Position numbers and translations under genes: made by a program | Assembly: GCA_043228905.1 (NCBI GenBank) | Contig: JBHGNT010000003.1 | Coordinates: 6,572,001 to 6,636,000, forward strand | DNA length: 64,000 nucleotides | From: Azolla caroliniana | Taxonomy: Eukaryota > Plantae > Polypodiophyta | Direction of reading: 5' to 3' | The notes under the pieces: generated by a model | Told to the model about the DNA's origin: nothing | What the model saw: only the letters and a program-made list of their open reading frames with translations | Databases searched by the model: none | Shown: piece by piece, positions 39,377 through 52,342 of the stretch | Layout: each line of letters starts with the position of its first letter | Position numbering within the stretch: the first letter of the stretch is position 1

Positions 39377-40205
39377 TACTCCCCCTCTTTAAAACATTGC
39401 ACTCTTGCAATGGAAAGTTAAGGAAGTTAGTTCTGAGAGTATTTTCACATTCCCATGTGGCATCTTTTATTGATTTATCCATTCATTTTATTTTAAATTC
39501 TCGGATTTCTTTAGTACGTAATTTTTTTGTTTTAACATCGAGAATTCTTTCTGGTACATGTGGTTTAGAAGATAATTCTTCAGAAGTAACCAAAGTTTCA
39601 GTTGTAACTGTATTGTCGCCAGAACCTAGAAGTTCTTTTAGATGACTCACATGAAAAATTGGATGAATTTCAACGCCATCGGGAAGAGCGAGACGATAGA
39701 CTGATGACCCAATGCATTTGAGGACTGTAAAAGGTCCACAAAACCGTGGGGCTAACTTAGCGCACTTACCCTTAGACAATGTCTTACAATTGTGAGGTAC
39801 ACGTAAAAATACCTTCTGTCCAAGGTTGAATACATGAGGTTGCCTATGATGATTGGCATAAAAACGGGCTCTATCTTGAGCTGTTTTTATATTATCTCGT
39901 GCAATATGCAACATATCTTGCATATCCCGAAGAAAGTTTTGCGTACTTCGCAACTCATCATGATGTATATTAACATCAATCGGGGCTCGTGGCTGAAAAC
40001 CATACATCAACATAAAAGGACTATATCTCGTCAACGTATGCTTGGAGCTGTTATAAGCAAACTCCAAAATTGGGAGATAACGTTCCCATTTTGTTGGTTT
40101 TGCACCAACATATGCTCGAAGCATGTCCTCAATAATTTGATTTACTCATTCTGTTTGTCCATCGGATTGAGGATGATCCATGGAGCTCATGCTCAACGTA
40201 GTTTC

Positions 40206-40648
40206 TGTAAAAAGTAACGTGCGGAAGCAAGTATGAAGACCGAATAGAAGGAAGAAAACTCAGGTTTAATGGAGAGCTTGAGCTTACGCAGTATACGCGG
40301 GAGAGACAGAGAGAGAAAACACAAGAACTATATTCAACAACAGTACTCAATTTCTACTCACCACTTTATACATATGTGTGTTCAATGAACACTTTGTACA
40401 AGTCCTAGAAGGACTGACCGAAGTACTGACAGTACTTCAATGCTCATTAAGAGCTCCTACACTAACTCCCAAATATATTCATCACGGAATATCTTTCCTA
40501 ACGGCCTCCCGGTTTACGCACCGATCCGGCCCTCCTACGCATCGGTCTGCGTACCGGTTTACGCATTCAGCCTAACCGATCGGTCCCAACTGATCCGGTC
40601 CTCGGCTTCTTCAGCCGATCCGGCCAATGTTGAGCTTGTCTCTCAACA
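40206..40648 (-). repeat. 3' LTR of Copia-2
   Basis: Near-identical to 45508-45939; TG...CA termini. Confidence 0.95.
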
Positions 40649-43600
40649 CTCCCCCTCAAGCTCAACTTGAGGCTCTTCGGGATCTTCGGGCTCACAGCTC
40701 CGGTTCCTCCTGGCTTCAAGCCTCGCTCGCGCTCCACGACTTGTTCGACTCCGCGTGCTTCGACCCTTCCGGTCGGCTTGTCTGCTCATGTGGCCCTTTT
40801 CAGCTCTTCTGTTGTTGCGGTGTTGACACTTCTCCTGCTGCCTTTTCTTCCGCTTGGGCCTCGGTTGATTCAGCGTATCTGAATCAAACATCCGAATCAA
40901 CTCGGCTACCTCCGATCGGTTTTCGTTCTCGTCCGAGTTGGCTGTCTCCAACTTGTCTTCGATCTTCTCGCCCTCGATGGCGTCATCTTCCCCATGCGTG
41001 GTTGGCTTCGGCTCTCTCCTTCGGCTGCTCCCCTTCTGTCCGCTTCCAGACTTTTCCACGGGTCCGCCCTCGGCTTCTTCAGCCAATCCAAAGTCGAACT
41101 CGACAACCGAGTCAACCGACTCAGTGTCGCGGTGTCTGCTCCTTTCCTGATGCCTTGCTTGGTCGTTCGGGACTGTTCTCCCCCTCATGTTTGGCACGTC
41201 GTGGTGACGCAATCCGAGCGCACCTGAGAATTGCCGCAACTTGTCCAAACCAAGAGGCTTGGTGAAGATGTCGGTAGTCTGCCGATTCGTCGGAACGTAC
41301 TGAAGTTCGACTTCACCGGAAAGGACACGCTCACGGATGAAATGGTAGTGCACCTCAATGTGCTTGGTCCGTGCGTGGAAAACGAGGTTTTTCGCGAGTT
41401 GGATGCTGCTGAGGTTGTCGCAATAGATCGTCGTCGGATCTGACACCTCCTCTTGCAGGTCCTTGAGTAGCCGCTTCAACCATATGGCTTCGCATGTCGC
41501 GACAGCCGCTCCTCGGTACTCAGCTTCGGTGCTCGACAGTGCAACTGTCGGCTGCTTCTTACTGCTTCACGCGATCGCGGCACTCCCGAGGGAGAACGCG
41601 TATCTGGACGTGGATTGGCGATCGGCGGCGTTGCCAGCCCAATCAACATCGGTGTAGCCGACTAACTGCGCGGCTGCATAGGTCCGATATAGCAGTCCCC
41701 GGTCCTTAGTGCCGTTGACATACCAAAGTATGCGTAGCGCACACTAAAGGTGCTCCTCGGTAGGTCGCGCCATGAACTGACTGATCACTCCGATCGGATA
41801 ACTGAGGTCAGGTCGGGTGATGGTCAAGTATATGAGGCTTCCAACAATTTGTCGGAACCTCGTCGGGTCGCATACCTTTCCCGTATCGGGACGAAGCTTG
41901 ACGGTTCTGTCCAGAGGAGTCGAGACGGACTTATAGTCGGCCATCCCGAATTTGAAGTGCATACTCAGCACGTAATAACGTTGGTTGATCAATATGCCTT
42001 CGGGGGTACGGATCACTTCGATTCCGAGGAAGTAATGAAGGTCCACGCGGTCGATTTCACCTAGGTCGGCGCCGGTGATGACCAAGTCATCAACATATAG
42101 TAAAATACTAACCGGTCCGAGTCGACCTTTTCGGATGAACAAGGAAGAGTCCGATTTTGATGTGACGAAGCCCATCCGACGCAGTTGTTGTGTGATCTTC
42201 GCATTCCAGGCACGCGGGGCTTGCTTCAGTCCGTAAAGGGACTTCTTCAGTCGGCATACTGCCGAGGAGTTCGTTCCAGAGTGAAATCTGGGGGGTTGTA
42301 CCATGTACACCTGTTCCTCAAGGTCACCTTGCAGGAACACATTCTTTACATCCATCTGATGTAAGTGCCACCCCTTCACCGCAGCTACTGCGAGCAAAAC
42401 ACGGACGGTCGTCATTTTCGCGACCGGCGCAAATGTCTCATCGTAGTCGATGCCGTGTTTTTGCGCGTAGCCCTTTGCCACTAGCCGAGCCTTGTACCGG
42501 TTGACCGAGCCATCGGTGTTGTACTTGACCTTGTACACCCACCTACACCCAATCGGTTTTACCCCTCTTGGTGTGTCAACCAGGTCCCAGGTCTCGTTCT
42601 CCGCCAATGCGTGCATCTCTTCCTCCATCGTGGCACGCCAATTCGCGTCTTTAGCTGCTTCTGCGTAGCTCTCCAGCTCACGCACTTCCGCTACACGGGT
42701 CATGTACGCATAATGATGCGCCATGTACTCGTTGTATCCGAACCGCAAAACAGGATTCTTCTGGCGGGTAGATCGGCGTAATCTCACATTAGCCGATGTC
42801 GAGGGCTTCTCGGTCGACGCGGACTTCACCTTTAAAGACTCGTCACCGGTTCCCTCGGAGTCGGACTCGCGTCGGTCTGACTCGTTCCTATCCGTGCTGG
42901 AATCTGACACCTTCTTCTTCCCTTTCTCTTTGCGCGTCAGCCGTCTCCTCGGCTTCCTGCGCTGGGAGTGCACGGCCGAGTCTCCACTACTCGCCGGCTC
43001 TTCATCGGACTGATCATACCGACTCAATCGTCCAATCGGTCCACTTAAACGGAGTGAAATCGGACTCCCTTCGTGGGTCTCGATTTCAGGCTCATCCGGA
43101 GGCATCTCGGCCTCGCTGACCTCATCATCAAAGCTCGGATTGGAGTCGGGGTTCGGAGTCGGGGGCTGGTACCAGGACGCGAACTCGTCAAACACAACAT
43201 CGTGGCTAACACGCGCTTGTTTGGTGTGAGGGTTATAGCACTTATAACCCTTCTGCTCGTCCGAGTAACTGACCAAGATGCATTTCTCAGCCTTTGCGTC
43301 CAGTTTCCTCCTTTTCTCCTTCGGTACATGCACATACGCAATGCTACCGAACACCCTCAAGTGTCGCAAGTTCGGCTTCGTTCCGAAATATAGCTCGTGC
43401 GCCGACACTTTGTCTCCGATCCGGTTCTGGATGTATACCGCGGTCCTTACTACCTCGGCCCAATAGAACTTGAGCAAGCTCTTCTCCTCCAGCATTGCCC
43501 ATGCCGCTTCCACAACTGACCGATTCTTCCTCTCGGCCACGTCGTTCTGCTCCAGCATGTATCTACAACTGAATTCGTGCCGAATTCCCATTTGTTGTAG

Positions 43601-45507
43601 ATAACCGTTGAATTGACCAGAAAAGTACTCTTTCCCGCCATCCGACCGCAGGCACTTGATCTTTCATCCCGTTTCCATTTCCACGAACCCTTTGAGGTCC
43701 CGGAAACAGTCGAAGACTTCGCTCTTCCTCTCAATGAGGTAGATCCACGTGTGTCGCATGTGGTCGTCGATGAAGGAGACGAAATATCGGCTCCCGCCAA
43801 GACTAACATTTTGTGTCGGCCCCCATACATTGGAGTGTATAAGGTCAAGCTTGTTCCAGCTCCGGTTTCGCTCGTTGGGGAAAGGAAGTCGGTGTTGCTT
43901 CCCGAGTTGGCAGGCTTCACAAATTTGTGCCTTTCGGCCACTAAATTTGGGCAATCCGAACACTACGTGTTTCGATTGCAGATCTTAAAGCCATTGGTAG
44001 TTGACGTGGCCTATCCGCTTGTGCCACAAGTCGATGTCCGACTCGATTTTTGTCCCTTCACGAACATTGTGGTGCCGCCGTCAGTGGAGTCGAGGATGAA
44101 CATCCTCCCGTCTCTGCGCCCTTGCGCAATCACACGGCCTTCTTCCTCAATGAAGCACCCGAGGTGTGTAAACCGAACCTCCATCCCTTGGTCGACGATC
44201 TGTCCGACCGAGACCAAGTTCTTCATGATTGTCGGAACGTGCAACACGTTCATGAGTTTCCCTTTCTGCCCGACATGGCTAAGGGGAACTTCTCCGACAT
44301 TCGCGATCGGATGCGGAGTGTCGTCTCCAGTTGCGACTACTCCAGGTTGTATTGGTTTTTCAAGGTACGAGAACCACTCCTTATGGCTCGTCATGTGGTT
44401 TGACGCGCCGGAGTCTACGTACCACACCTCGTCCGATCTCGGGGTGGTCCGTTTCATTGAGTTTGCTTCGTGTCTCGTCACGAAGGTAGACCCTTCTCCA
44501 GCTCTCCCGGAGTCTTCGGCGTAGTGCAATCGCTGCCGATTTCCCTTGTCGGTATGTCCAAAGCCGTTTCCGGAACCGGTTCTCTCCGAATCGGCGCGCT
44601 TCTTCTAGCACTCACTTTCCCTGTGGCCTTTCTTGCCACAGTACCAGCACTCCGCGATGGCCTTCCCTTGCCAGTTCTCATCGCTTCGACTCCCCCTGTT
44701 TCCGGAGGGTCCGGAGTTGCTGTCGGCATCACTCCGGTGCCTTCTTCCTTGATCTCATCGGCCGCCTCCATTGCGCGCCGACTCGCCTCGTCCTCCACGT
44801 CCATGGGGCCTATCTCCCTCCGTGTACAGCAGCCTGTTGTCGATGTGCGTGCTTGTAGATGCACCCGCGTGGTTCTCCTCTACCAGGAGCATTGACTGTA
44901 AGTCGAAAAAGGACGGCGTATTCTCCCGGGTACACACAGCCGTTCAGAACGCTCCGAACTTCGACGCCAAACCTCTGAGACAGATCTGGACCATCTCGCT
45001 CTCCTCGATGTTCACCTCTATGGAGGCGAGGGAGTCGCAGATATCCTTGATCTTCGAGGTATAGTCCACCACCGACAAGTCACGTTGTCGTAGGTTGCTC
45101 AACTCCTGTCGGAGCTGAAGCTTCCTGGCCGTGGTGCTCGCGGCGAAAATCTTCTTCAGATTTTCCCACGCACCCTTCGGCATCTTTGCATCCCGAACAT
45201 AGCTCAATAGTTGTTCGCCCACACACGACGCGAAGCAGTATAATACCCTGCTCACCGATTGCTCCCACGACGGGAAGTCTCTATGTGTCGATTCGGGTGC
45301 CGCGTCATTAGCTCCTTCGACATAACTCCAGTAGCCGTGCCCGAGCAGGTACTGGTGCATCTTGTAGGACCAAGACGCGTAGTTGGTTCTGTCGAGCTTC
45401 TCTGTTGGAAGCGAGCTCGCCATGCCTCTATCCATCGTTCTTCTTGTTCTTCTTCGTCAAGCTGTGTCGGCTGCAGAGAGGTTCTCAACCCTGGCGCTTT
45501 GATACCA

Positions 45508-45939
45508 TGTAAAAAGTAATGTGCGGAAGCAAGTATGAAGACCGAACAGAAGGAAGAAAACTCAGGTTTAATGGAGAGCTTGAGCTTACGCAGTATACGC
45601 GGGAGAGACAGAGAGAGAAAACACAAGAACTATATTCAACAACAGTACTCAATCTCTACTCACCACTCTATACATATGTGTGTTCAATGAACACTTTGTA
45701 CAAGTCCTAGAAGGACTGACCGAAGTACTGACAGTACTTCAATGCTCATTAAGAGCTCCTACACTAACACCCAAATATATTCCTCACGGAATATCTTTCC
45801 TAACGGCCTCCCGGTTTACGCACCGATCCGGCCCTACCTACGCACCGGTTTACGCATTCGGCCTAACCGATCGGTCCCAACCGATCCGGTCCTCGGGTTC
45901 TTCAGCCGATCTGGCCAATGTTGAGCTTGTCTCTCAACA
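45508..45939 (-). repeat. 5' LTR of Copia-2
   Basis: Near-identical to 40206-40648; directly abuts the PBS. Confidence 0.95.
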
Positions 45940-48334
45940 GTTTCTAACTTCTTAAAGACTTGCGTTTAGAAGTCACTAGTAAATTTTGGATCTCGATCAC
46001 TCACGATATCCATCGGTAACCCATAAAAACGAAATAACTCGTCAACGAATTGGTAAGCCAATTCAGGAGCTGTTACCGTGGTTTTAGTAGCAATAAATCT
46101 AGCCATTTTAGTTAGTCGATCAACCACAACCCAGATGGCATCATGGCCTCTTTGGGTGCGAGGAAGGCTAACAATAAAATCCATGGATATACTTTCCCAC
46201 TTATTCTTGCGGCTTTAAGTCGCTCGGCTTTGTTAACCTGACATTGGTGACATTTAGTCACATAGCTATGTATGTCAAGACGCATCTTAGGCCAATAAAA
46301 TTGAGTGGAGATGAGAACGAGTGTACGATATATTCTAGGGTGCCCTACTGAGGGTGCATCATGGCATTCAAAAAGAATCCTCTTTTTGACCTCGGGTAAA
46401 TCTGGAACACAAACCTTCCCATTACGGTAGAGCAGACCGTTAGCAATGTGGAAGTATTCCTTCGAGGATGTGGTGGTGTTTGTTCCAGACTCAACTCTTG
46501 CCCAGTATTTTGCGAAATGACTGTCATCAAGATACTTTCCTCGATGGTGATCAAAAAAATATGATGATATTTCATTGAAGCTAAGCATGTTAACTTCACG
46601 GATGCGACTTAGTGCATCAACGACAGTGTTCATGGAACCTTTACGATATCATATGGAAAAATCAAAGTCCTGGATGAGATCAGCCCATCGTGCCTTACGA
46701 CCTTTCAGGTCTTGTTGGTCACAAAAATATTTCAAGGACTCGTGGTCCGTAGTTACCACAAAGCGATTTCCATAAAGATAATGGCGCCATGTTTTGAGCA
46801 CATGTATAATTGCAAATAATTCCTTTTCTTGCACGGTATACCGACATTGAGCAGAATCAAGTTTCTTACTCTCGAATGCTATTGGTTTACCATCTTGATA
46901 TAAGACAGCGCCTATAGCATAATCGCTTGCATCGGTTTCAACCTCAAAAGGTTTTGAAGGATCGGGTAAAAGAAGTGAAGGAGCGTTGCACACCAAGTCC
47001 TTCAGTTCCTTAAAGGCTAGGTCTAGTGTAGAATTCCAGACAATAGGTTTTGTAGACTTACGCGTTTGACCTTTTAGAAGATCAGTAAACGGGGTTGTCA
47101 ATTGGGAGTAATTACGAAGGGATTTTCGCAAAAACCTGACAAAACCAAGGAATGATCGAACTTCTCGAATATTCCGAAGAGTGGGTCAAAGCTTGATTCG
47201 CGAGAAGGATCAATTTCAACTCCTTGTTCGGTTATGATATGTCCAAGATAAGTAATTGATTTCTTGAAGAACTCACATTTTGAGATCTTCGCATAAAACT
47301 TTTTGTCACGCAATGTTTGTAAAACAAAGCGGACATGTTTAGCATGTTCTTGTAATGTACGACTATAAACTAAAATATCATCCAAGAAAATAACGACAAA
47401 TTTTCCAAGTTGTTCTCGGAAAATGTCCTTCATTTCTTGTTAAAATGTAGTCGGAGCATTGGTCAAACCAAAAGGCATAACCAAAAACTCATAATGGCCA
47501 TAGCGCGTACGAAATGCCGTTTTAGGAACATCGTCCTCACTTATACGTATTTGATGGTAGCCAATACGGAAATCAAGTTTCGTAAAATACCGAGCTCCCT
47601 GGAGACGGTCAATTAGATCATCAGCTCGGGGCAATGGATACGAATTCTTGATCGTCACTTTATTCAAGCGTCGGTAATTAATACACATACGCCAGGTACA
47701 ATATCTATACGATGGTCTATATTACGTTTAGGAGGTAACCCATCTAGTAGTTCACTCGGAAAAACATCACGAAAATCATTTAAGATTTCATCAAGTTGTT
47801 GTTGTTCAAAATATGTTAATTGAACCGAGACATTATCGATATTGTAAACGTGAATGTCTGGATCAAGTACACAATAAAATAGAGTAGAACAAGACAACTC
47901 AGATATTGATGGAGAGGAAACAATCGAGAGGGATTGTTTTTTTACACATTGAATAAAATGAGTATAATCGTTCAGTACAAAAGTTATTGAATGATGAACC
48001 CAATCAATAGATAAAGAAGAGTTTTTATTATAGAACCAGGGATAACCCAGTATTACATCAGTGGTACAAAGATTCATTTCATGGAAGTCTACTTCCTCTA
48101 TATAAGTATCAATAGAAATTCCCAATGAATGAATTGTCTCGTTGATGTATTGTACTCTTCCATCAGCCAAGTGCACCATATAGGTGTGATCACTTACGGT
48201 GGGTTGGATTCCCCATATCTGAACTAAATGATCATTCACAAAGTTGTGTGAGTTTCCCGAATCAAACAAAAATTGTACGAGAGATCCATTGATATACCCG
48301 TTTGCACGTAGTAAATCATTGGGACCCAATACAT

Positions 48335-48800
48335 AGTGAGAGAAAGAACATTGACAATTACTTGGGTGGATTAATTAGATCGTTGTTAACTATTACAACA
48401 TTAGTGTTGTTTTGCCTCACAACTAGAGAAAATAAACCTTCACTTTTAGAGAACTTTGATAGTTTTATCAAGGAGTTTCAAGCGTGTTTTGGAGACATTG
48501 ATGGCATAAGGACAATAATCAACGAGATTTAGATATTGTAATAAGGAGTTACTTGCATTGGAATACAAAATAGTTTTTTTCCTTTTTGCATAAGATATCC
48601 CTTGGGACGTGGACGCATTAGTGGAACAATGGTTACAAGAACTTTATAATTATATGAAAGACCCTTTCTTGCATCCCATGAAGACCCTAAGTCCCATACA
48701 GAGGCAATTAATTTAGTTGTGCGATGTGATAACCACTTATTTGAATGATGTTCCAAGTGCCAACATATGGCATGCATTGAATTAGAGGAGATAAATCCCT
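48335..48800 (+). mobile_element. Degenerate Gypsy gag fragment, opposite orientation to the chromovirus
   Basis: PSLLENFDSFIKEFQACFGD resembles the Retrotrans_gag core; many stops. Confidence 0.5.
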
Positions 48801-49326
48801 CGATGGTAGTAGCTACACCTTCAAGGCCTATGCTAGAATCCATCTCCATTTCTATAGATAGTCTACTCTAGTCACTACAACACAAGTGAACCTTACCATC
48901 ACGTTTTTTTAAAGTTAAACAAGATATTGCATCTCCCCAAAATTAGTTTATCTTAACCACACATTGAGTCACCTATTAAATTTATGCATCAAATTTACAC
49001 TACAATACAATGTTAATCATCAAGTCAAGAAGCGCAAATACTTGACTACATCTAATGCACCCTTCATATGTGCATCATCGACCTTTACTTGTTCACGAGT
49101 AAGAGCCCACTTTATAACTTCATGTACTCCATCATGTTCACATTTCCCATGGCCAAAACACAAAAAATTTCATGTATCTCCAATTAAATTTCACAAGGGT
49201 ATCTCCCTACATAATAGAATGGTCGTTTCACTATGAATTGTAATGTAGCTATATTAGACCAAATTTTGATCTAGCAACCATTTTCAATGTAATTTGTAAC
49301 AATGTTAACAATTCGTAAACAAACAG

Positions 49327-50883
49327 TGTTGTGAAGGTTTTCGGCAATGGTGTGAAAATTGTGAGGAATGTCCACAATCGAGTGTGGTTCTTCAACAATG
49401 ATAGTGAAGATACTATTTTAGATAAGTTTAATATCTTGGTACAAAAAGATGGAGATCTTGAAGAGCTTTTCAATGCACTTTGCTACATAACAAACGGTCA
49501 ATTAAGTGTGCAGTTATGTGGGTATGAAGTTACGAAAAAACAAAAAAACATATGAGTTGTCCCACATAGATAGGACAAACAAGGATCCTAAAATATATAA
49601 AGCAAAGCCAAAAGCTATTATTTTGTGTCTATGTGTGGAGCATAGAGAGTTTAAGGTGACTTGAACTAAGTTAATCAAATGAATGGGTGTGGCCTAACTA
49701 CTTGCAAAGGTTTTGGCCAACCAAAATTGGACCGGCGGCATCCGGTGACCAGCCGGTGACAAAATCGTTTTGATGATATATCTTATTCTTCAAATCTAAA
49801 GTCAAGAGTTCAATCTTAATCTCAATCTCTCTCTCTCAATCTATCTTAAATCCTTTCTCACTAAAGCTAACACGTGTACTTCGAGTCCTTCCGGTCTAGA
49901 ACCCCGGCGGTTCCGCCTCATGATATGCACATAGTGACGAATCTTCACGACATAATTAAGTGGTGAACCCGACGTGAAAGAGGCGGTAGGAAGGATCAAG
50001 TCAAGGATCGACCGATACTTGGAGATGGCCTCCTCAAGCAATCAAGCGAGAGAGTTCAAAAGGATGATGTTGATCGTCGAACAAATGATGTGATCTTGAG
50101 ACAATGATGCGACCGGCATCCGGCATCCGGCATCCGGCGACCAGCGGTAGCATCCAGTGACCGGCCGGTGACGAAATCAGCTCAAGATGTGGACCGAACC
50201 GGATCGAGATGCGGCGATCGACCGGTGACGGAACCGGCTAGGGATGCGGACCAAACGGGTGCAAATCAGATGGATTGCGGTGCATGGTGTCTTAAAGATA
50301 TTTGGTGTAATTACAAGACCAAAAGCCTAATAGTATTTTGTGCTTTAAAAAGGGATGTATGCAAGACTTGAACATTGCACCTCCAAGTTGAGAGTCTATA
50401 AGCTTACCATTAAGCCAAATCATTTCTTTAAGGATATATTTTTTATCACTATAGTTTTACATGTAATTCTCATACATGAGAGCTTAGATAATGACATGGC
50501 AAGTATGCATTGCATGCATTCTGTGCATGCCTTGCACCCTTACATGCACCATATGCATGGGGGCATCTATAAAAGAGGGGCTAGGTATTAATCAGGAAAG
50601 CTTTGTACTTTATATCAAAATTAATATTAAGAAGAAAATTTGTTATCCTTTTGATGATATATCTTATTCTTCAAATCTAAAGTCAAGAGTTCAATCTTAA
50701 TCTCTCGTTCTATTTCAATCGTTCTGAATCTATTTCAAAATTGGAATCTTAATCTCAATCTCTCTCTCTCAATCTATCTTAAATCCTTTCTCGCTAAAGC
50801 TAGTGCGTACTTCGAGTCATTCCGGTCCAGAACCCTGGCGGTTCCGCCTCACGATCCACACATAGTGACGGATCTTCACAACA
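49327..50883 (+). mobile_element. Internally deleted tRNA-Trp-primed Gypsy element (element E)
   Basis: 10-bp terminal IR TGTTGTGAAG...CTTCACAACA. Flanks ACAG (49323-49326) and ACGG (50884-50887). First LTR ends CTTCACGACA at 49952; PBS 49961-49978. LTR 3' part repeated at ~50650-50883. Confidence 0.8.
49961..49978 (+). promoter_or_regulatory. Primer-binding site, tRNA-Trp (element E)
   Basis: TGGTGAACCCGACGTGAA, complement of the plant tRNA-Trp 3' end ...TTCACGTCGGGTTCACCA. Confidence 0.88.
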
Positions 50884-51159
50884 ACGGTTTGGGTTTGCAT
50901 GTATTGATCACCAATGTATGGATTGAATGACTTGAAATGATTAGCTTGCCCTAAATAAATGAAGTTGGGCATAATGAGTTTTTCTAGAGATACTATAAAA
51001 AGTGAGGACAATTCTCTGGGAGTGAGAAACTTCCTTACCAAATCATTTGTGTTTACACACCTTTCCATTATAAGTTATCTTGATTTTTTGAATCAATTTA
51101 ATAAGGATTGAAATTGCACTACACACTACACAATTATTTTCAATACTATATAAATATAT

Positions 51160-51835
51160 TGTTGGACCACATTCTAAACATATGCCCATGATACGCTTGG
51201 AATGGTAGAAGTCAACCTCAAACCCTCATGGACATGTGTGGTGTTCCTAAATATTGTCAACTCAAAACCAGCCCCAAAATGAGTCACGAAGGAATCAAGG
51301 AGCCCCAAAACGAGTTGGGCTAGACCCACGAAGTTCCAAATAGAGTCAGCATGAGCATAACGCAAGAAGGGTTTGGGTTGGGACACTCCCATGGATCCAC
51401 TAGTCCCAACTTAAGTTGGGACCCAAGGAGGGAACCGGTCCCCGTTCCAATCTCAGTCCTAGTCCCGGTTCCTAAGAAGGGGCACCACTTTTGGGTTGGG
51501 ACTACCGGTCCCAATCTGAGTTGGGACCTTGGAAATACCTAGTCCCATACCTCGCTACAAAAACAACTATCTTGGTGTAATGGTCCTTGGCATAACGACT
51601 TTTCACGTAACGGCCTAGGAAGCTCAAAAGCCACAATTGGGGTAACCCAACAACCACACCTTGACCTATATATACAGGAGCTTCTCCTCAATTTCCTATA
51701 TATAGAGTCTCTCCTCTCATTCTCCTTAATCTTAGTTAGCTCTATGGAGTTTGTAATAAAACCTTATTATAGTTATGATTAAGTGTTAATGATAATTAAT
51801 CTTAGTTTTGATTTGATATCTCTTGTCCCCACCGT
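51160..51835 (+). mobile_element. Probable LTR-like fragment (host of element A), with palindromic GGGAC/GTCCC motifs
   Basis: Starts TGTTGG after an AT-rich flank; palindromes such as TCCCAACTTAAGTTGGGA (~51404-51421); TATA-like ctatatata. Partner end not in window. Confidence 0.35.
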
Positions 51836-52342
51836 TGTCGCGAAGAAAACCGTCCCTAGGCGGAAACCGAGTTCAGCATGTGTAAATCGGCCCTTACACG
51901 CGAGCACACTTTTCGTTGTATGGTAAGTAGGTAGGTACAAGTCGGATGAGGTGAAATCCTAGGTAGCACGCATTTAATAGGGAGAGAATCGAGTTGTATC
52001 TCTGTTCGAAAGGACAAAGAATTAATATGATGTAACGGATGATAACGGCCTCCCTCCTTGGGCTATAAAAGAGAGGGAGAGGAATGAGAGGAGGTATTGC
52101 GGGTTAGAGAGGACGAAGTGCTGCTGGACTGGGACCGAGCCCTTCTCCTCTATCTCTCTCCATAGCCATTTTTGCGTAGGTTTTCGGGAGGCTGACTTTG
52201 CTCCATGGAACGCCTATGTGCTTCCGGTAGAGTCTCCATCTCACTCTTCTGTGTGAGTGAGTGAACATGCGTCGGTGTTCGCCTTGCCGGCCTGTTAGTT
52301 GTAATCGTCTCGATATTTTTTTATTTTTTTATATACATACGT

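Larger units (their letters stand above)
40206..45939 (-). mobile_element. Full-length Ty1/Copia LTR retrotransposon (Copia-2) nested in the chromovirus integrase
   Basis: 5-bp TSD GTTTC (40201-40205, 45940-45944). LTRs 40206-40648 and 45508-45939. PBS TGGTATCAAAGC (tRNA-iMet, 45496-45507); PPT 40649-40659. gag-PR-INT-RT-RH present with several frameshifts and stops. Confidence 0.97.
38923..48330 (-). mobile_element. Ty3/Gypsy chromovirus, 5'-truncated, split by Copia-2
   Basis: Protease FLFDSGNSHNF, RT ([30 protein letters not shown]), RNase H (VETDASDYAIGAVL), integrase (MDFIV...SDRDPKF), GPF/GPY motif, chromodomain (PERILD...EFKIK*...DATWE). The integrase frame KKLET|TLSMS rejoins across the Copia TSD. 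Confidence 0.93.
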
